From: Vicugna vicugna
Taxonomy: Eukaryota
Direction of reading: 5' to 3'
DNA: 64,000 nt
Assembly (NCBI GenBank): GCA_013265495.1
Contig: MU057487.1
Coordinates: 1 to 64,000, forward strand
Part shown: positions 40,440-53,207 of the stretch, one piece after another
Numbering within the stretch: the first letter of the stretch is position 1
How the letters are laid out: each line of letters starts with the position of its first letter
The notes under the pieces: model-generated
Seen by the model: the letters and a program-made list of their open reading frames with translations, nothing else
What the model was told of the DNA's origin: nothing
The model's database searches: none
Translations under genes and position numbers: made by a program

Positions 40440-41515
40440 ATGCAAGTATTTCTAAGAGTTCCAAACTCTGGTCTCTCTTTAATTTATAGACTCAAGTTAT
40501 CTCACGAATACACGTTGCCACCTATAACTGCCATCTACAGGCTGGTGAATTCCAAATCTATTGCCTCCAGCTCAGACCTCTATGCTCTATTGGAACTCTC
40601 CACGCATTGCCCCATGCGTATCACCTGAAATCATCTTCACCATCTTCTGATCTTTGCTCCCTACCCACAAACCTGATTCTCTACTGATTGTTCTAGATCT
40701 CCATCAACAGTGCCATAAGCTGCCCAGTCACCTAAACCAGGAAACTTTTCTTGGTTCTTTCCTCTTCCTCTCCCTACAGTCATTAACCCAATCACGTAAG
40801 TCAATCTCCTGAACAGCTGCAGAGACCTGTCCCCTGCTCTCCATTATCATTGCTTTCCTTCAGATCCTCAACCCTTAAGGATTCTATCCTAAATTATTTT
40901 ACTATACATGATTTAGTTCTCAAATTCTTCAGCTGTAAGTGAATTACACTAATAGCCTCCTATGGGACCTCCCAGTCCGTCTCCCTTCCACACTGGAGCT
41001 AAAATGATCTTTCTAAAACACAAATCTGATCATGTGACTCCAGTGCCTAAAATGCTAATGTGACTGCTCATTGCTTTCACATAGTCTTAACTCTTTAACC
41101 TGACTCTGGAATCTGACGCCTACATATGCCTCTCATGCTGCATCCCCATGTGAACCCTACCCCCCAGTTTAGGGGAGGTATTTGTAACTCTCCTGAAGCG
41201 CCGTGCACGCTCCCTTCCCTGCCACTTACCCTGCTGTTCTTCCTCCTAGAATATATTGTCCCTGCTCATCTACCTGATTAAACCTATTCAATCTTTCCTG
41301 ATCCCCAACAGTCTCACTTAGGTCCTCCTCCTCTGTGTTCCTGTAACACATACACACCTTTATTTCAGACTCTGACCTCTCTCATTCTGAATGTTGCTTT
41401 TTTCTGAGCATTTTCCCCTCTGTACTATAAGCTCCTTGAGAACAAGAATGCCGTCTTATTGATCACCATATCTCCAGAACTTTACATTGAATAAATAAAT
41501 GAGTGAATGAACAAC
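40440..41515 (+). mobile_element. L2 LINE 3' portion
   Basis: tccaaatctattgcctccagctcagacct...tgatctttctaaaacacaaatctgatcatgtgactcc...ctataagctccttgagaacaag, ending in a (tgaa)n-like tail. Confidence 0.65.
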
Positions 41516-42039
41516 TTAGAAATGTCTTTAATTACTCAAAATATTTGGTTCATTCAACTGTATACAACTATCACCAACCGAACAGCATTTCTATGACTTT
41601 AGCAACACTGTGATGAAATTATTTTAACTGCATTATCCCAAGGATATATGTGTGAAATTACTGGTTGAAATTAGTTTAAAAATAACAATTCTCTCTACAG
41701 ACAAATATTTAAAGCTGTTTTTGGCCAGAATATAAAGCCATGTCACCCAGCATGTTTCCTTTTTTGCCTTAACTGCCCCCCAAAAATTAAAGTTAAATTT
41801 AGTGCTCAATAGTAGCAATTAGGCCATCTCAAGTCCCTGGTAAATTCTACCCCATTTCCTGTCAGAGATGCTCTATTTCTATCCTTAATTATTTTACTAT
41901 ACATGATTTATTTCCTAAATTCTTCCATTGTAAGTGACTGTAATATCTGTAAGTAGGTAAGGGATGGTGGCAAAATCTAATTCTTCAAAATAATGTTTCT
42001 TCCCCTTTACATCTCAGGCATTAAAAAGCCACATCAAAG

Positions 42040-42275
42040 TAAAGGCGAGGAGGTGGGGACAAATTAGGAGTATAGAGTTAACAGATACAGATACAGAAAA
42101 AACAACTACACATAAAGCAGATAAGCAACCAATATTTACTGCATAGTACAAGGAATTACATTCAATGTCTGGTAATAACCTATAATGAAATATAAGAAGA
42201 AGAATAACTGAGGCGCTATGCTGTACATCTGAAACTAACTCAATATTGTACACCAACTATACTTCAATTAAGAAG
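42040..42275 (+). mobile_element. L1 3' end fragment
   Basis: ggggacaaattaggagtatagagttaacagataca...gctgtacatctgaaactaac...caactatacttcaatt. Confidence 0.7.
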
Positions 42276-43654
42276 TAAATACCAGCCTTTCTTTGAGCCC
42301 CACAGACTTGTAGCCATCCATCAGAACCCCTAAGTTGTTCAGTCAGTCTGGCTCTGTAACTATGCATGTCAATCCAAAAGTCCCACTCACATAAAACTGA
42401 CTGACTATTATAGCCACCAGTACAATTTATCTGCAAGAATAAAGTTCCACTCATGCTTGGAAAGTGGTCACACTTTTATTAATGATAACCCATGGACCGT
42501 AGTCTTAAGTTTCATTTCATACCATGTAGTATTTTAAATGTTAGCTGTTCATGCAGGTGGACAAATTCAGCAGGCAGTAACAAATGTGATTGACAACCTA
42601 GCCCCATAATAGAATCTCCTTGGGGGTAGCTTTAGAAATATTTACATCGGATCCTCAATTAAAACAGAATTTCTGAAGCAGCAGGGTGGGGATTGGCATC
42701 ATTTTTTCTAAGCCCCCCAAGTGATTCTAATATACACTGAGAATCAATGATTTAGCACCTGGGAGGAGGTCTGAGTTGGAGATAAATATTTGTCATCTTT
42801 CTCTAGAGAGGAGACTGCCTATTAGATTTTTTTTAAGGTAAAAATAATTCTACCTTTTAAAAAAATCGAATTATTTTATTTACCCCATGGAAATGAAGCT
42901 GGTTATAAAAACCTGAATTAACAAGGGGAAATTAGAGATGATTACTCATTTTCAATAGTATTGTCTGTCTTTATAAAGGATTAATTTAAGCATTGTTTCA
43001 AGTACCAGGTAGCGACTGAGTGGACTTTTAGACTGGTCTCAGTTCTTAATTATTCTTGTGACCTTTGCAAAGTGACCTGAATCTCTCCGGATCTCGCTTT
43101 TCCAACTTGTAAACTGAGAGGACTGAATTAAAGAAGCACTTTCTCAGCTCACACTGTTTCTCAGACGCTACACAGAGGTGGAAGGGTGGCTGAGGCCACA
43201 GACCTTGGACCCAGACTGCCTAAATTTGAATTGTGGCTCCACTCATCATGCTACCCTTGGCAGATGAGTTAACCTTTCAGTGCCTCAGTTTCATCAACTA
43301 TAAAATAGCATTAACAGTACTATATACCTCATAGGGTTGTGAGATTAAATGACATAATGTACATAAACGCATTTAGAATAGTTCTGGGCACCAAGTAAGC
43401 ACTCTTAAGGCACTAGTCATCATCCCTACCGCTATATTACACCCTTGAGAAGAGTCAGGGCCTTGAGGATTGCTAATGTACTGGTGAGCCACTAAGAAGG
43501 GGGCACACTGTGTGGCATTTCAAAAACATATCACCAGTTAACCTTCGGTTGCAGGGGGGCAGCTCTCTGTGGATCGCACTTTGGGGGAAGCCGGACCACA
43601 TGACTGCCATATCCCTTAAAACTCTGCTACGGTGTGATTCATCTCTGCATCTTA

Positions 43655-43863
43655 GAGACCCAGAAAAATATGGTCCATGGGCTGAATCCAGCTGACCATC
43701 TGTTTTCGTAAATAAAGTTCTCATGGAACACTGCCCTTCTCACTTGTTTACATATTGTCTGTATCTACTTTCACACCACAACAAAAGAGTTATATAGCTG
43801 CAACAGAAACCATATGGCGCACACAGCCTAAAATATATACTGTCCACCCTTTGCCAGTCCCTG
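43655..43863. mobile_element. MER58-like hAT DNA transposon
   Basis: ctgttttcgtaaataaagttctcatggaacac...tgtttacatattgtct...gcaacagaaaccatatggc...tttgccagtccctg. Confidence 0.65.
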
Positions 43864-44077
43864 CCGTACTGGGAAGCCTGCAGCTCTTCCCCATGGTAAC
43901 TTGAGACAAATTTTATTTTATGAACAAGCATTTCTATTCCATCAACCCAGTTGGCTAAAGAGAGAAAGGAAACGGTCATCAATGTGGGATGCAAAGAGAC
44001 AGTGGACATGGGGGTGACAGGTTCTGGGAAGAATAAACAGTCAGGATCATAGAAGAAGAGCTGCTGATTAGGGAAAA

Positions 44078-44707
44078 TGCGGGGGGCCACTCATAACCTG
44101 AGGACTGCCGAGCACAGAAGTTGGGCCTAAACTCCCACAGTGCAGGGCGTCAGGCTCTGAGGTTGATTCTAACAAAGACAATCTCTGTCCCGCCACCCCT
44201 TTGAAGAATGCACCAGGTGCATTAGAGCCTGAGGAACATCCTGAGCTATTAAGTCACTAAGGACCTTTGGAAGGAGAGATACAATCGGCACACGTTAGTG
44301 ATCTTAGCCTGAAGAACAATCACCTGAGTTAATAGTACACGAGTCACGATGTTAGCTTAGAGGAACAATACCTTAGTTTACGATCTTGGTTTCGGGAACA
44401 GTTAATCTTAGTTTACTGAGAACTGTAAACAATAATGATGTCTGTAACAATATACAAGTTAATGATTTTAGTACACGTTGTTAATGTACCCTAAAACAAT
44501 ACCGTTGCCTACGTGCAGGAATGTATGAGCTAATGGGTTAAAATCATATAAATTAACTGCAAGAAATAAACTCGTCGTCCACTCTTGACCTAGCGTCTTG
44601 CGGGCTAGAGTGAGACCCTCTCAACCCCACCTTCTAGTCTTGTCTTTCTTTTCTCAGTCCTGCAGCACAGGTTTCTTGACCTGATCGATTGTCGGCTGGC
44701 CCCGACA
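44078..44707 (+). mobile_element. Solo LTR, betaretrovirus/ERV2-like, young
   Basis: TG...CA termini (TGCGGGGGGCC ... GGCCCCGACA); perfect 6-bp TSD GGAAAA at 44072-44077 and 44708-44713; TATA-like CATATAAA at 44545-44552; AATAAA at 44565-44570; no primer-binding site after the 3' end; about 20 CpGs in 630 bp. Confidence 0.88.
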
Positions 44708-47700
44708 GGAAAAATAGGAAGCAGTCGGGAAAACAGGCGACCTGAAGTCCTTGAAACCAGTTAAAAGTGCTGACGTAGGACAGGCACTTTTCCCCATCTC
44801 CTCCCCAAACGTCTACATAGCTCCCCCCAAATATTAGCTTTCCCTTATAATTACTACTATTCATCGAGTACCATCCTAGAAAAATGTTTTTGCTGTTCTA
44901 TTTGTTTCTTACAGGATGAATGTTACTGTCTCAATTTGACGGATGAATAAAGAGTGAAGTTTAAGCAGCCTTCCCATAGCTAGTCAATGGTTGAGCCTGC
45001 AGTCAAACCGAGTTTTACTGGTCTCAGATTTTCCACTAGGTCTTGACTAAAGTTACTCAGTTTTAGAACTTTTCTTAAATGCAGACAAATGCTACATAAG
45101 ATTCTAATGATGAGAATTTCTCATGCGCTATGCTAAATAAATGTTTATCACTGGGCAAAGCTTTACTATTTCTACCCATACAAATAATTGACCGTTCTCC
45201 ACAAGTTTAGCTACTGGGTAGGGGTGAGGGAAGAGAGGGATGGACAGGACAGGTGATATAAGGAATCTGCCTGCATCCTGCAAAGATAACAATCCTACTG
45301 AAATTTATCTTAACAAGAAAGATAAAGAAAGGGATTCATTAAGTGTGAATGAAACGCAGGAAGCTATTGGATAATAGACAAAAATGCACTGTTCGAAATG
45401 GCAGCTGCAAACCTTATCACTTATATTCCACTGCTACAAAGACCAGTCAGCTTTCCTTAGCCAAATATGAATTCGAAAAAAATGCAATTTAGTGTTTAGA
45501 AAATATGCCTAATTTACCACCAAAGCTATACAATTTTGTCTCGAAGTAAGGAATTCTACATCAGCTTTCTAAAATGATGGTGATTAAGTAGACTACAATG
45601 TACTTCCAGTGTTCTGTGCTTTCCATTATTTGTGGCACCCTGATGAAAAGTAATTATGCTTTGGCGAATTTTCCTCTTACATGTAATTTGGACCACTTAT
45701 CTGAGATTCTCAGAAGGGAGCTGACTTGACAACTAAAAGAGAACACCTGTTTCTATCAATGTAAAGGAAGCTTTCCTGAGAGCCCTTTCCTCTGCTTAGC
45801 AATGCACAGAATTTCTGCAACCAGAAATATTGAGTGATGTATTAATGAATCGCCTTCTCTAGCCAGCAAACAGAATCAGCAATTAAGCGGTATATTTTTT
45901 ACATTTACATAAGGCCAGAAAGAAGAATGGTCATGAATGTAAAATAACCAAAAGAGAAGAGGGTGGCAGTGATGGAGGGTACTGAGCTATCCAATGTCCA
46001 CCCTAGTGACCAACCCACCTGCAATAAGGATACCTCTCAGCTATTCGGGTACTTTTAAAAAAAACTCATAACTTGGGATTCTGTTATTTTATTAAATAGA
46101 TCAAAGGGGATCTGCAGAAGATGTTGGGGTATGTTTATTGTTTCCAGCAGACACTGTGTGTGTGTGAAAATCCCATCCATTCTCTTTTCATTGATATTAA
46201 AAGGAGGTGGCTGGCATGACACTTAACGGTTCATAAAAGGAGGATGGTCCCACTGCTCTACCGAAACACTAAATGATTCCATTTTCTGACTAGGACCAGT
46301 GAAGCTTCAAATATACTTTTAAGAGGCTTACTTGTTCCTTTTATGGTCTATAAACAGGCTATACTGCTATTACCTTGGCTTTTTCATTCCGTTTTAACGA
46401 ACATCAAAAAGCACTCTCACAAATGCAGCAATTTGGCCTCGTGGCATTCTTGAGATGAACATCAACAAGTAAAACAAGCACAGGACCAAAGATCTGAAAC
46501 ACAATTTGGGTGGATCTACTGAAAATCAGTTAATGGACCTCTAAGAAACTTTTTTTCTTTGCCTATATTTTACCCCCCCCCCCTTTTTGTTTGCCTTTAA
46601 AGGGAATCTAATTTTCTGATGGAAACTATTGAAAGGAAATACTGCAACAAGTTAATTTGCTTGTTCATCTTTGTAAACATTAGGATTTTGCACCCTATCA
46701 ATTTTTTTAAGTATCTGCAAGACTGATTACATGAATTTGTAAAAACTTTCTATTGAAACATAATATACATTAAAAACACACATAAATGTATTGCTCAACA
46801 ATTTTTTTTTACAAACAATATATCCATATACCCAGCACCCAAATCCAGAAACAAAATTTCTATCAGGCCCTAGAAGACTCTCCTTGTACTCTTTCCTAGT
46901 AATTATAAAGATAAACACTATCTGAATTCTCATGACCCTAAAGATGTCAGTTCTGTAGGGTCAAAGGTGGGCACATTAAATCCTACAAATTCCTCACTGA
47001 TCCCCCAAACATAAACCTGGCCTTAAAATTCTCCATAGCAATAATCAAGTCAGGAGACCAAAAACAACTCTAAATATATTTGAAAGTAATTCAAAATTCT
47101 ATATATAATCAAGTTGCCATCCATGTATAAAGACAATATGAAGACATATTAAATACATAAAAGATTTAAGAAATAAACTCCCATGAGTCTTTCTTGAAAA
47201 ACCCTACCTTGTGATTGAATCTAACCAACACAGTGATGACTTTTAAAATATTCAAGAAAGATAATGCCATTATATGAATGACATAATAAGCAAGCAATGT
47301 ATTTAAATATGTAATTAAATCTAAAGAATTGATAATGACAAAACAATGTGGTATCACTTATAAAAGTAAAACTATATAATATCAAAAATAAAAAAAAATA
47401 ATTATAAGGGACGGGGAAAAATCTCACTAATACTGAAAAGCAAGGTTGCAGTCAAGGGGGTCATATACCTACCTATGTAAAAATTTCTATGGTCTTTCAA
47501 ACGGAGGTGTTTCTGGGTGCTTTCAACTGATCAAATTGAATTTGAAATAACAGCATGTTCACATTCAGAAGATAATCTGTAGTAGGACAAGAAACATTCT
47601 CTATATTTTCTAACTTATCAGAAAGATGATCATACAGAAAAGAGAGAAAAGCAGGAAATGTTTAAAAAGCATTGAAAACAGGAATCTTAAAATTAGATGG

Positions 47701-48649
47701 CATGGTTAAGACTGAGCATTTTATAACACTAAATATTAACGGGCTGCATTTACCCATTAAAGGAAAACCACTCTCCCTGACTCAAAAAAGGAATCTAACT
47801 ACATGTTAAATGTAAAAGGCAAAGAAAAAACAATGTAATTGGGAAATGTATAAAATAAACGGACAGATAAAATTTTATTTTTATGATTAATTTATCATTA
47901 AATTATTATTTGTAAAAATAAATCAAGGAACAAGGTTTTAATAGCAGGCAAGACTGAATTCAAGGCAAGGATGTTGAAAGATTTCATTTTACATTAAATT
48001 GAAAGATTTGACTATTTCAAAGGAGCCAAACTTCTGAGTAGAAAATTAAGATTGCATTTTATGAGTTAAATGAATATAGAGGTTTTATTACCTATAAGTG
48101 ACCAAAGAAATTATTGACCTGCCCCAATTTTTATCCAGCGACAGGGGCAGAATTTCCCTACTGAATTCTGGGAGGCAGAATAAAGTTGCTACTTGTTTGT
48201 AATGCCAACTGTAAAAATAATTTAACATGTATTAGGCACTTACTAAGTGTGTTAATGTTTTAATCTTGGCAACAGCCTATTAAGGTTTAAGTTTTATTAT
48301 TACCATTATCTTATAGATTATACACAGCAGTTAAGTAACATACTCAGAAAGTCCTACTGCTTAGGAAGTGGTAAAGCTGAAATTCAATCCTTGGCAGCCC
48401 ATCTCAGAGCACATGCTTTTAATGACTACATTATATAAGCAGAAATTAATTAGAAAATATGGTGGGGAAAAAAACTCACTCACACAGAACAGGCATAACT
48501 GTGCCTGGGATTCATACAAGGCCGGCCAGATACCGGTCTAAGACTAAAAGACAACCTGCACCTCTACTGATTGGTGGTGGGCCTTCCGACAGCCTGCAGT
48601 CCTGGCCCGGACTGGCCCGAGACATTAGCTGGGCTGCGTCCCACAAAGT

Positions 48650-49223
48650 GAATATGTTCAGGTTCCTCAAGACCACTCCAGGTTTGGTGACTTGCTAGAC
48701 AATCTCACAGGACTCAGTGTATAGTTGTACTCACAGCTGAGATTTATTACAGTAAAAGGATACAAAGCAAAATCAGCAAAAGGAAAAGGTACATGGGAAA
48801 AGTCTGCAGGGAACTAGGTGCAAGTTTCTAAGAGTCCCCCAAACACGCAGTGAAATTGCATAAGACATGATTAATTCCTCCAGCAACAAGGTGCTAAAAT
48901 AAGTGGGAAGTGTTGTCTACCAGGGCAGCTCCTTAGAGACACCACCAACGGTTTTTACTGGGGGCTGGTGTGTAGGTACCCTCTGCCTAGCATGCACCAA
49001 AACTCTAGATTCCCAAAAGGAAGCAAGTGTTAAGTATAAACACATTCTTTGCCCAGTTTAGGTACAGGGAGCCACCATTATTATCTAGGGAAAAGTTTAT
49101 ATCAGGATGGGGGTCTGTTTACTAGCCAGGTTCCCAGAGACCGGTAAGTGGGCCAACCTGACAAGCAGACTATTCTACGAACAGGCAATTTCAGGCTTGC
49201 TCTACTAACTCTTTTTGTGCACA
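48650..49223 (-). mobile_element. MER68/MER77-like ERVL LTR
   Basis: The minus strand begins tgtgcacaaaaagagttagtagagcaagcctga...ggttggccc, resembling the recalled MER68 5' end; AATAAA on the minus strand at 48748-48743. The left boundary is approximate. Confidence 0.6.
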
Positions 49224-49928
49224 GTGAACTTGAAGCCCTCAACTACCTTTGTCTGAGTTTCCCTCTATGATTTGTGATCAATTGACTCAATAATATTCCA
49301 CAATTCTACATTTAAAAATTTCTTATAATTCAGATTTCTTTACCTTTTTCTCTACTCCCATCTGCTTAGTCACCCTGTCTGCTGAGATGTGTACTCATCA
49401 TCATTGTGTTATTTCTGAAAAACATCCCCTGTGAACTGCCCACAATACATGGTATTCTAGAGACTCAAAGAGGGGAGAACGCACTGGGCCTGATGGTGGC
49501 CAAGCTATGGCTTTATCGCAATTCAGTTATCATTTCTTCCACCCCAGCCCCTGGCACCACACAAGATCTACCCATGAGTTGTGAAAGTTTTGGATAAGTT
49601 CCAGATGGCAAATAGTAAATAATGAGCCATTAAATAAAGTACATGAAGTTCATCATTCAATCTACACATATAACCATCAGTTATGTGTAAGGCATTGTAA
49701 AGCAGTGAACAGATATGCAGCTGAATTCAGATATATAGCCTACACTGAAGGAGTATAGTCTTCTTACAGCATGCATCATTAAATAACTTTTATATACAGT
49801 AAGAAGTGATCAAATACAAAGTGTAGGCACCTGAGCTGGGACTACAACAGTGAATGAAAAGTCTCTACTCTCACAACCAGAGGAGGGGCAGGTGGCATCA
49901 GAGAAAGGGCCTGATCAACATTCAGATA

Positions 49929-49972
49929 TGTCAACGTGATGACGTGGTGTCAACGTGATGACATGATGTCAA
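49929..49972. repeat. 19-bp tandem repeat (2.3 copies)
   Basis: tgtcaacgtgatgacgtgg / tgtcaacgtgatgacatga / tgtcaa. Confidence 0.9.
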
Positions 49973-51484
49973 TATCATACAAACAGTTGACACAGATACA
50001 GTGTTGTTGCCAAAGGAGCCATATGAAGCTGGATGACTGGCTATGTTCTATCCACAGAAAGCCATGAACAATTATTTGAAATCTTAAAAAACCCCTGCTC
50101 TCCAAGTCTTTTTAACACTTCTTTGAGAGCCTGGCAGCATGACATTTGCCCACACTGGCAGATCTACAGGTAATATAATCTCCTAGATCTTATGTTTATT
50201 AGCTTATTTTTTAGGAAATACTAGAAAATTTTTTCACTGTCTACTAATAAAATAAGGCAGGGTTCATTTTAGAGAATGCTTGTAGTAGATTTAGAATAGA
50301 CAATAAAATTTGAAGTGTTACATCCATCATTTTTTTAATTTGAAAGATTTAATCATTCTGATTCTTTTTTCTAGATATGCACTGTAATTTTTTCATGTGG
50401 AAGCTACACTTCCTATCTAACTGATAGGATTTATTCTCATTAGTTGTATTTAGCTTTTCTTTCTGACCTTTGCTTTTTTTCATTTACATTCTTTATTCCT
50501 TTTCTTCCATTTGCTCCTTCTCCTTCCATGCCAGCTTCTCTTAACCACTTGCTCCATAATCAGGGAACTTTCAATGTAAGTAGCATTTTGGAAACAACCT
50601 GTTTCGTGAGTTGGGGTCTGAGGCTGCTACAAGGCAGGTCTTTATTTGAATCTCAGACACAAAGCAGTTTTTGTTAAGATTTTCAAGTTCATTTTAAGGA
50701 CCAGTTTCATGTTCTAATCAAAAGACTGTCATTTCGCTTCTAAAACAGCAGAAGATTTACAATCTCTGGTTCCCAGAGTCTGCTGAACTCAGACATACGG
50801 TCACTCAGCTGATGCATCTCCTGGGACTGCCCTTCAACTTTGTCCTAAACAGTTAACAACAAATTCCCATCAGCTTAGTAGATCATAAGACTATGTTTGC
50901 TATTTTGATTTTCCCCCAAAAAGCTATTTGCATTAGCAGGACAGCAGCCTAAGACAAACATCTTTAAATAAGTTGAAGAAATTAGTCGAGTCAACAAGAT
51001 AAAATATTTGAAGCCAAAACTGGACAGTAAATACCATCTGCACCTGTCCAAGCATGCAGTCATACACTACCCTCTCCTTGTTTGCATTTTATTTATAGAT
51101 ATGCTCCATTAAATGACTGACCTGTTCTGCACTACTCTACAGCATTTTTTAATTTACAGGCTTCTTAGTTTTAATGAAGATCTGTAGTTTAGATTCACCA
51201 TTTCCAACACAATAGATGGCTTTTGCTCCTAAACTCATTATTTCTCCTTCTCATTACAATTACTAGAACTCTGAGATAGTTTTAGTCAGAGAGTTAGTTG
51301 TTTCCCACTTTTATTTCTATCCTTAGAAGATACTTCTCCTATTCTTCTCATTTAAAATAGAATGTATTCTGTAATAACATAGCTCACTGAATTCCAGATG
51401 AAAGTTATGTTGTCTTCATTAAAATTTACTTTATAATTAAGCAATAAAAAAATCTACTTTGGTAAAAAAAAAAAGTGAATGAAG

Positions 51485-51660
51485 GGCCGCAAATGGCAAA
51501 ATATCTTTCTTTCTTATGGGTGAGTTGTATTCCATTACATATATATGCTGTATCTTCTTTATCCATTCATGTACTGATGTGCATTTAGGATGCTTCCATA
51601 TCTTGGCAATTATAAATAATGTTGCAGTTAATAGTGGGGTATATGTATCTTTTTTGAATT
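51485..51660 (-). mobile_element. L1 fragment (ORF2 end / 3' region, antisense)
   Basis: gcaaatggcaaaatatctttctttcttatgggtgag...tatcttctttatccattcat...tgcttccatatcttggcaattataaataatgttgc. Confidence 0.7.
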
Positions 51661-52169
51661 AATTCTTATTTTGTGGTTGGCTTTATTCCTTTGATAACTA
51701 TGTAAGTTTAAAAAGCTAAAGCTATAAATGTTCTTAGAAACAATGAACAGTACACACACGTAAATTTTAAAAATATGTGCAGTATATTGTATATATGTAT
51801 TTACATGCAATATATTGTATATGTACAATCAAACTGTAACAATTCTACCTAGTAAAAGTGAAAACTGAAAAAAACACCTTCTTTGGTATGACACATGCCT
51901 TATAAAACTATTTCAAATACCTGAATGTGTAGAAAAATCTACTTGCCTTTTATAAGGTAAAGTAGTGAAAAGCCGTAACAGTTTTCTAAATTCAAAATCC
52001 AAAAGTAGTCTTAATTTTTTAACTAACCTAATGTCAAATATTAATCTTGCCAGTGGATTAGAGGCTTCCATATAGTTTTCTAATCTCCATTTTTCTACAG
52101 TGTTTAGAAATATTTGTTTCTAGGCTTAGACACTTTTCCCTGTGCAAATTCCAGGAAGCTTTTTTAGGC

Positions 52170-52693
52170 TGTTGCAGGGAAGGGATAAATTCTTTTTCCT
52201 ACTACCTTTCTACGTTCTCTGGCTGGGTCTCTACAATTTAGACTGGCAAAAGAAAGATTAATAAGAGAAAAGCACACACACTTATTTATAATAATATATA
52301 CTTATTTAATATAAATTTTATAGGACATGGGAGCCTTCACAAGGAAATGAGGACCTGATGAAGCAGTTAAACCTGAGCATTATTATACTAGGTGTAATGA
52401 AGAGTGAAAAGATGTGGGAAAATGTGATAGGGCAAAAGAATGTGAGCTAAGGGAGGTAAACTGGGGGAATCCTGGCAAGGCCTGTGTATTTGGATTGCTC
52501 TCAGTCTTCAGAGATAAAGATGCTCTTTTCCTCTGGATGTAGAGAGGGCACCACTCACAGAAGGGTCTTAATACCTGCTTTAGGAGAAGGTCAAAAAGTC
52601 CTTCCTATATATGCTGCTTCTCAAATTCCTTAGCTTAAATTATTCAGTATCCCAAGGTGCCATATCTAGGGCAGCGTGTTCTAAACCCCATCA
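52170..52693 (-). mobile_element. MER34/MER39-like ERV1 LTR
   Basis: The minus strand begins tgatggggtttagaacacgctgccctagatatggcaccttgg, matching the recalled MER34/39 5' end, and ends ...gcaaca. No TSD is recognisable. Confidence 0.6.
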
Positions 52694-52734
52694 CCGTGAT
52701 GTTGGATGCACTTGAAGATCAAATAACAGGAGAA

Positions 52735-53207
52735 TGTAACTGAGCGGGACCCTATGCAGCCTTCCTGGGACAGACCCCTTCCCTGTATCTTCTGCTTTAG
52801 CTCCTGTCTGAAGTGTCTAGACAACAGTATCTGATGCACATTTTCTGAGTTGTTTTACAGATGCTAAAACCCCCACGAAATGAAAGAAATTGACACATCC
52901 CCTCTGGAATCTGGCTGGAAATGTTTGCAACAACTTATCACCTGCCTTTTTACTTTCCCTTACCACCAAGCAATCAGAGAACTGTGCTCAAGCTGATCAC
53001 ATATCCTGGGATTCCCTGCCCTTGTCCTGCCTGTAAAAATGTTTGCTAAAACCCATCATGGAGTTCAGGCTTTTTGAGCACTAGGTGTCCCAGACTCCTT
53101 GCTTGGTGCCCTGCAATAAACGCTACACTTTCCTTCACCAAAACCCAGTGTCAGTATATTGATTTTATTGCACGTGGGCGAGATGAGCCAAGTTTGGTTT
53201 AGTAACA
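52735..53207 (+). mobile_element. ERV1-type solo LTR
   Basis: TGTAAC...GTAACA termini; near-TSD AGAA/AGAG; AATAAA near 53115 preceded by a TATA-like tgtaaaaa. Confidence 0.7.
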
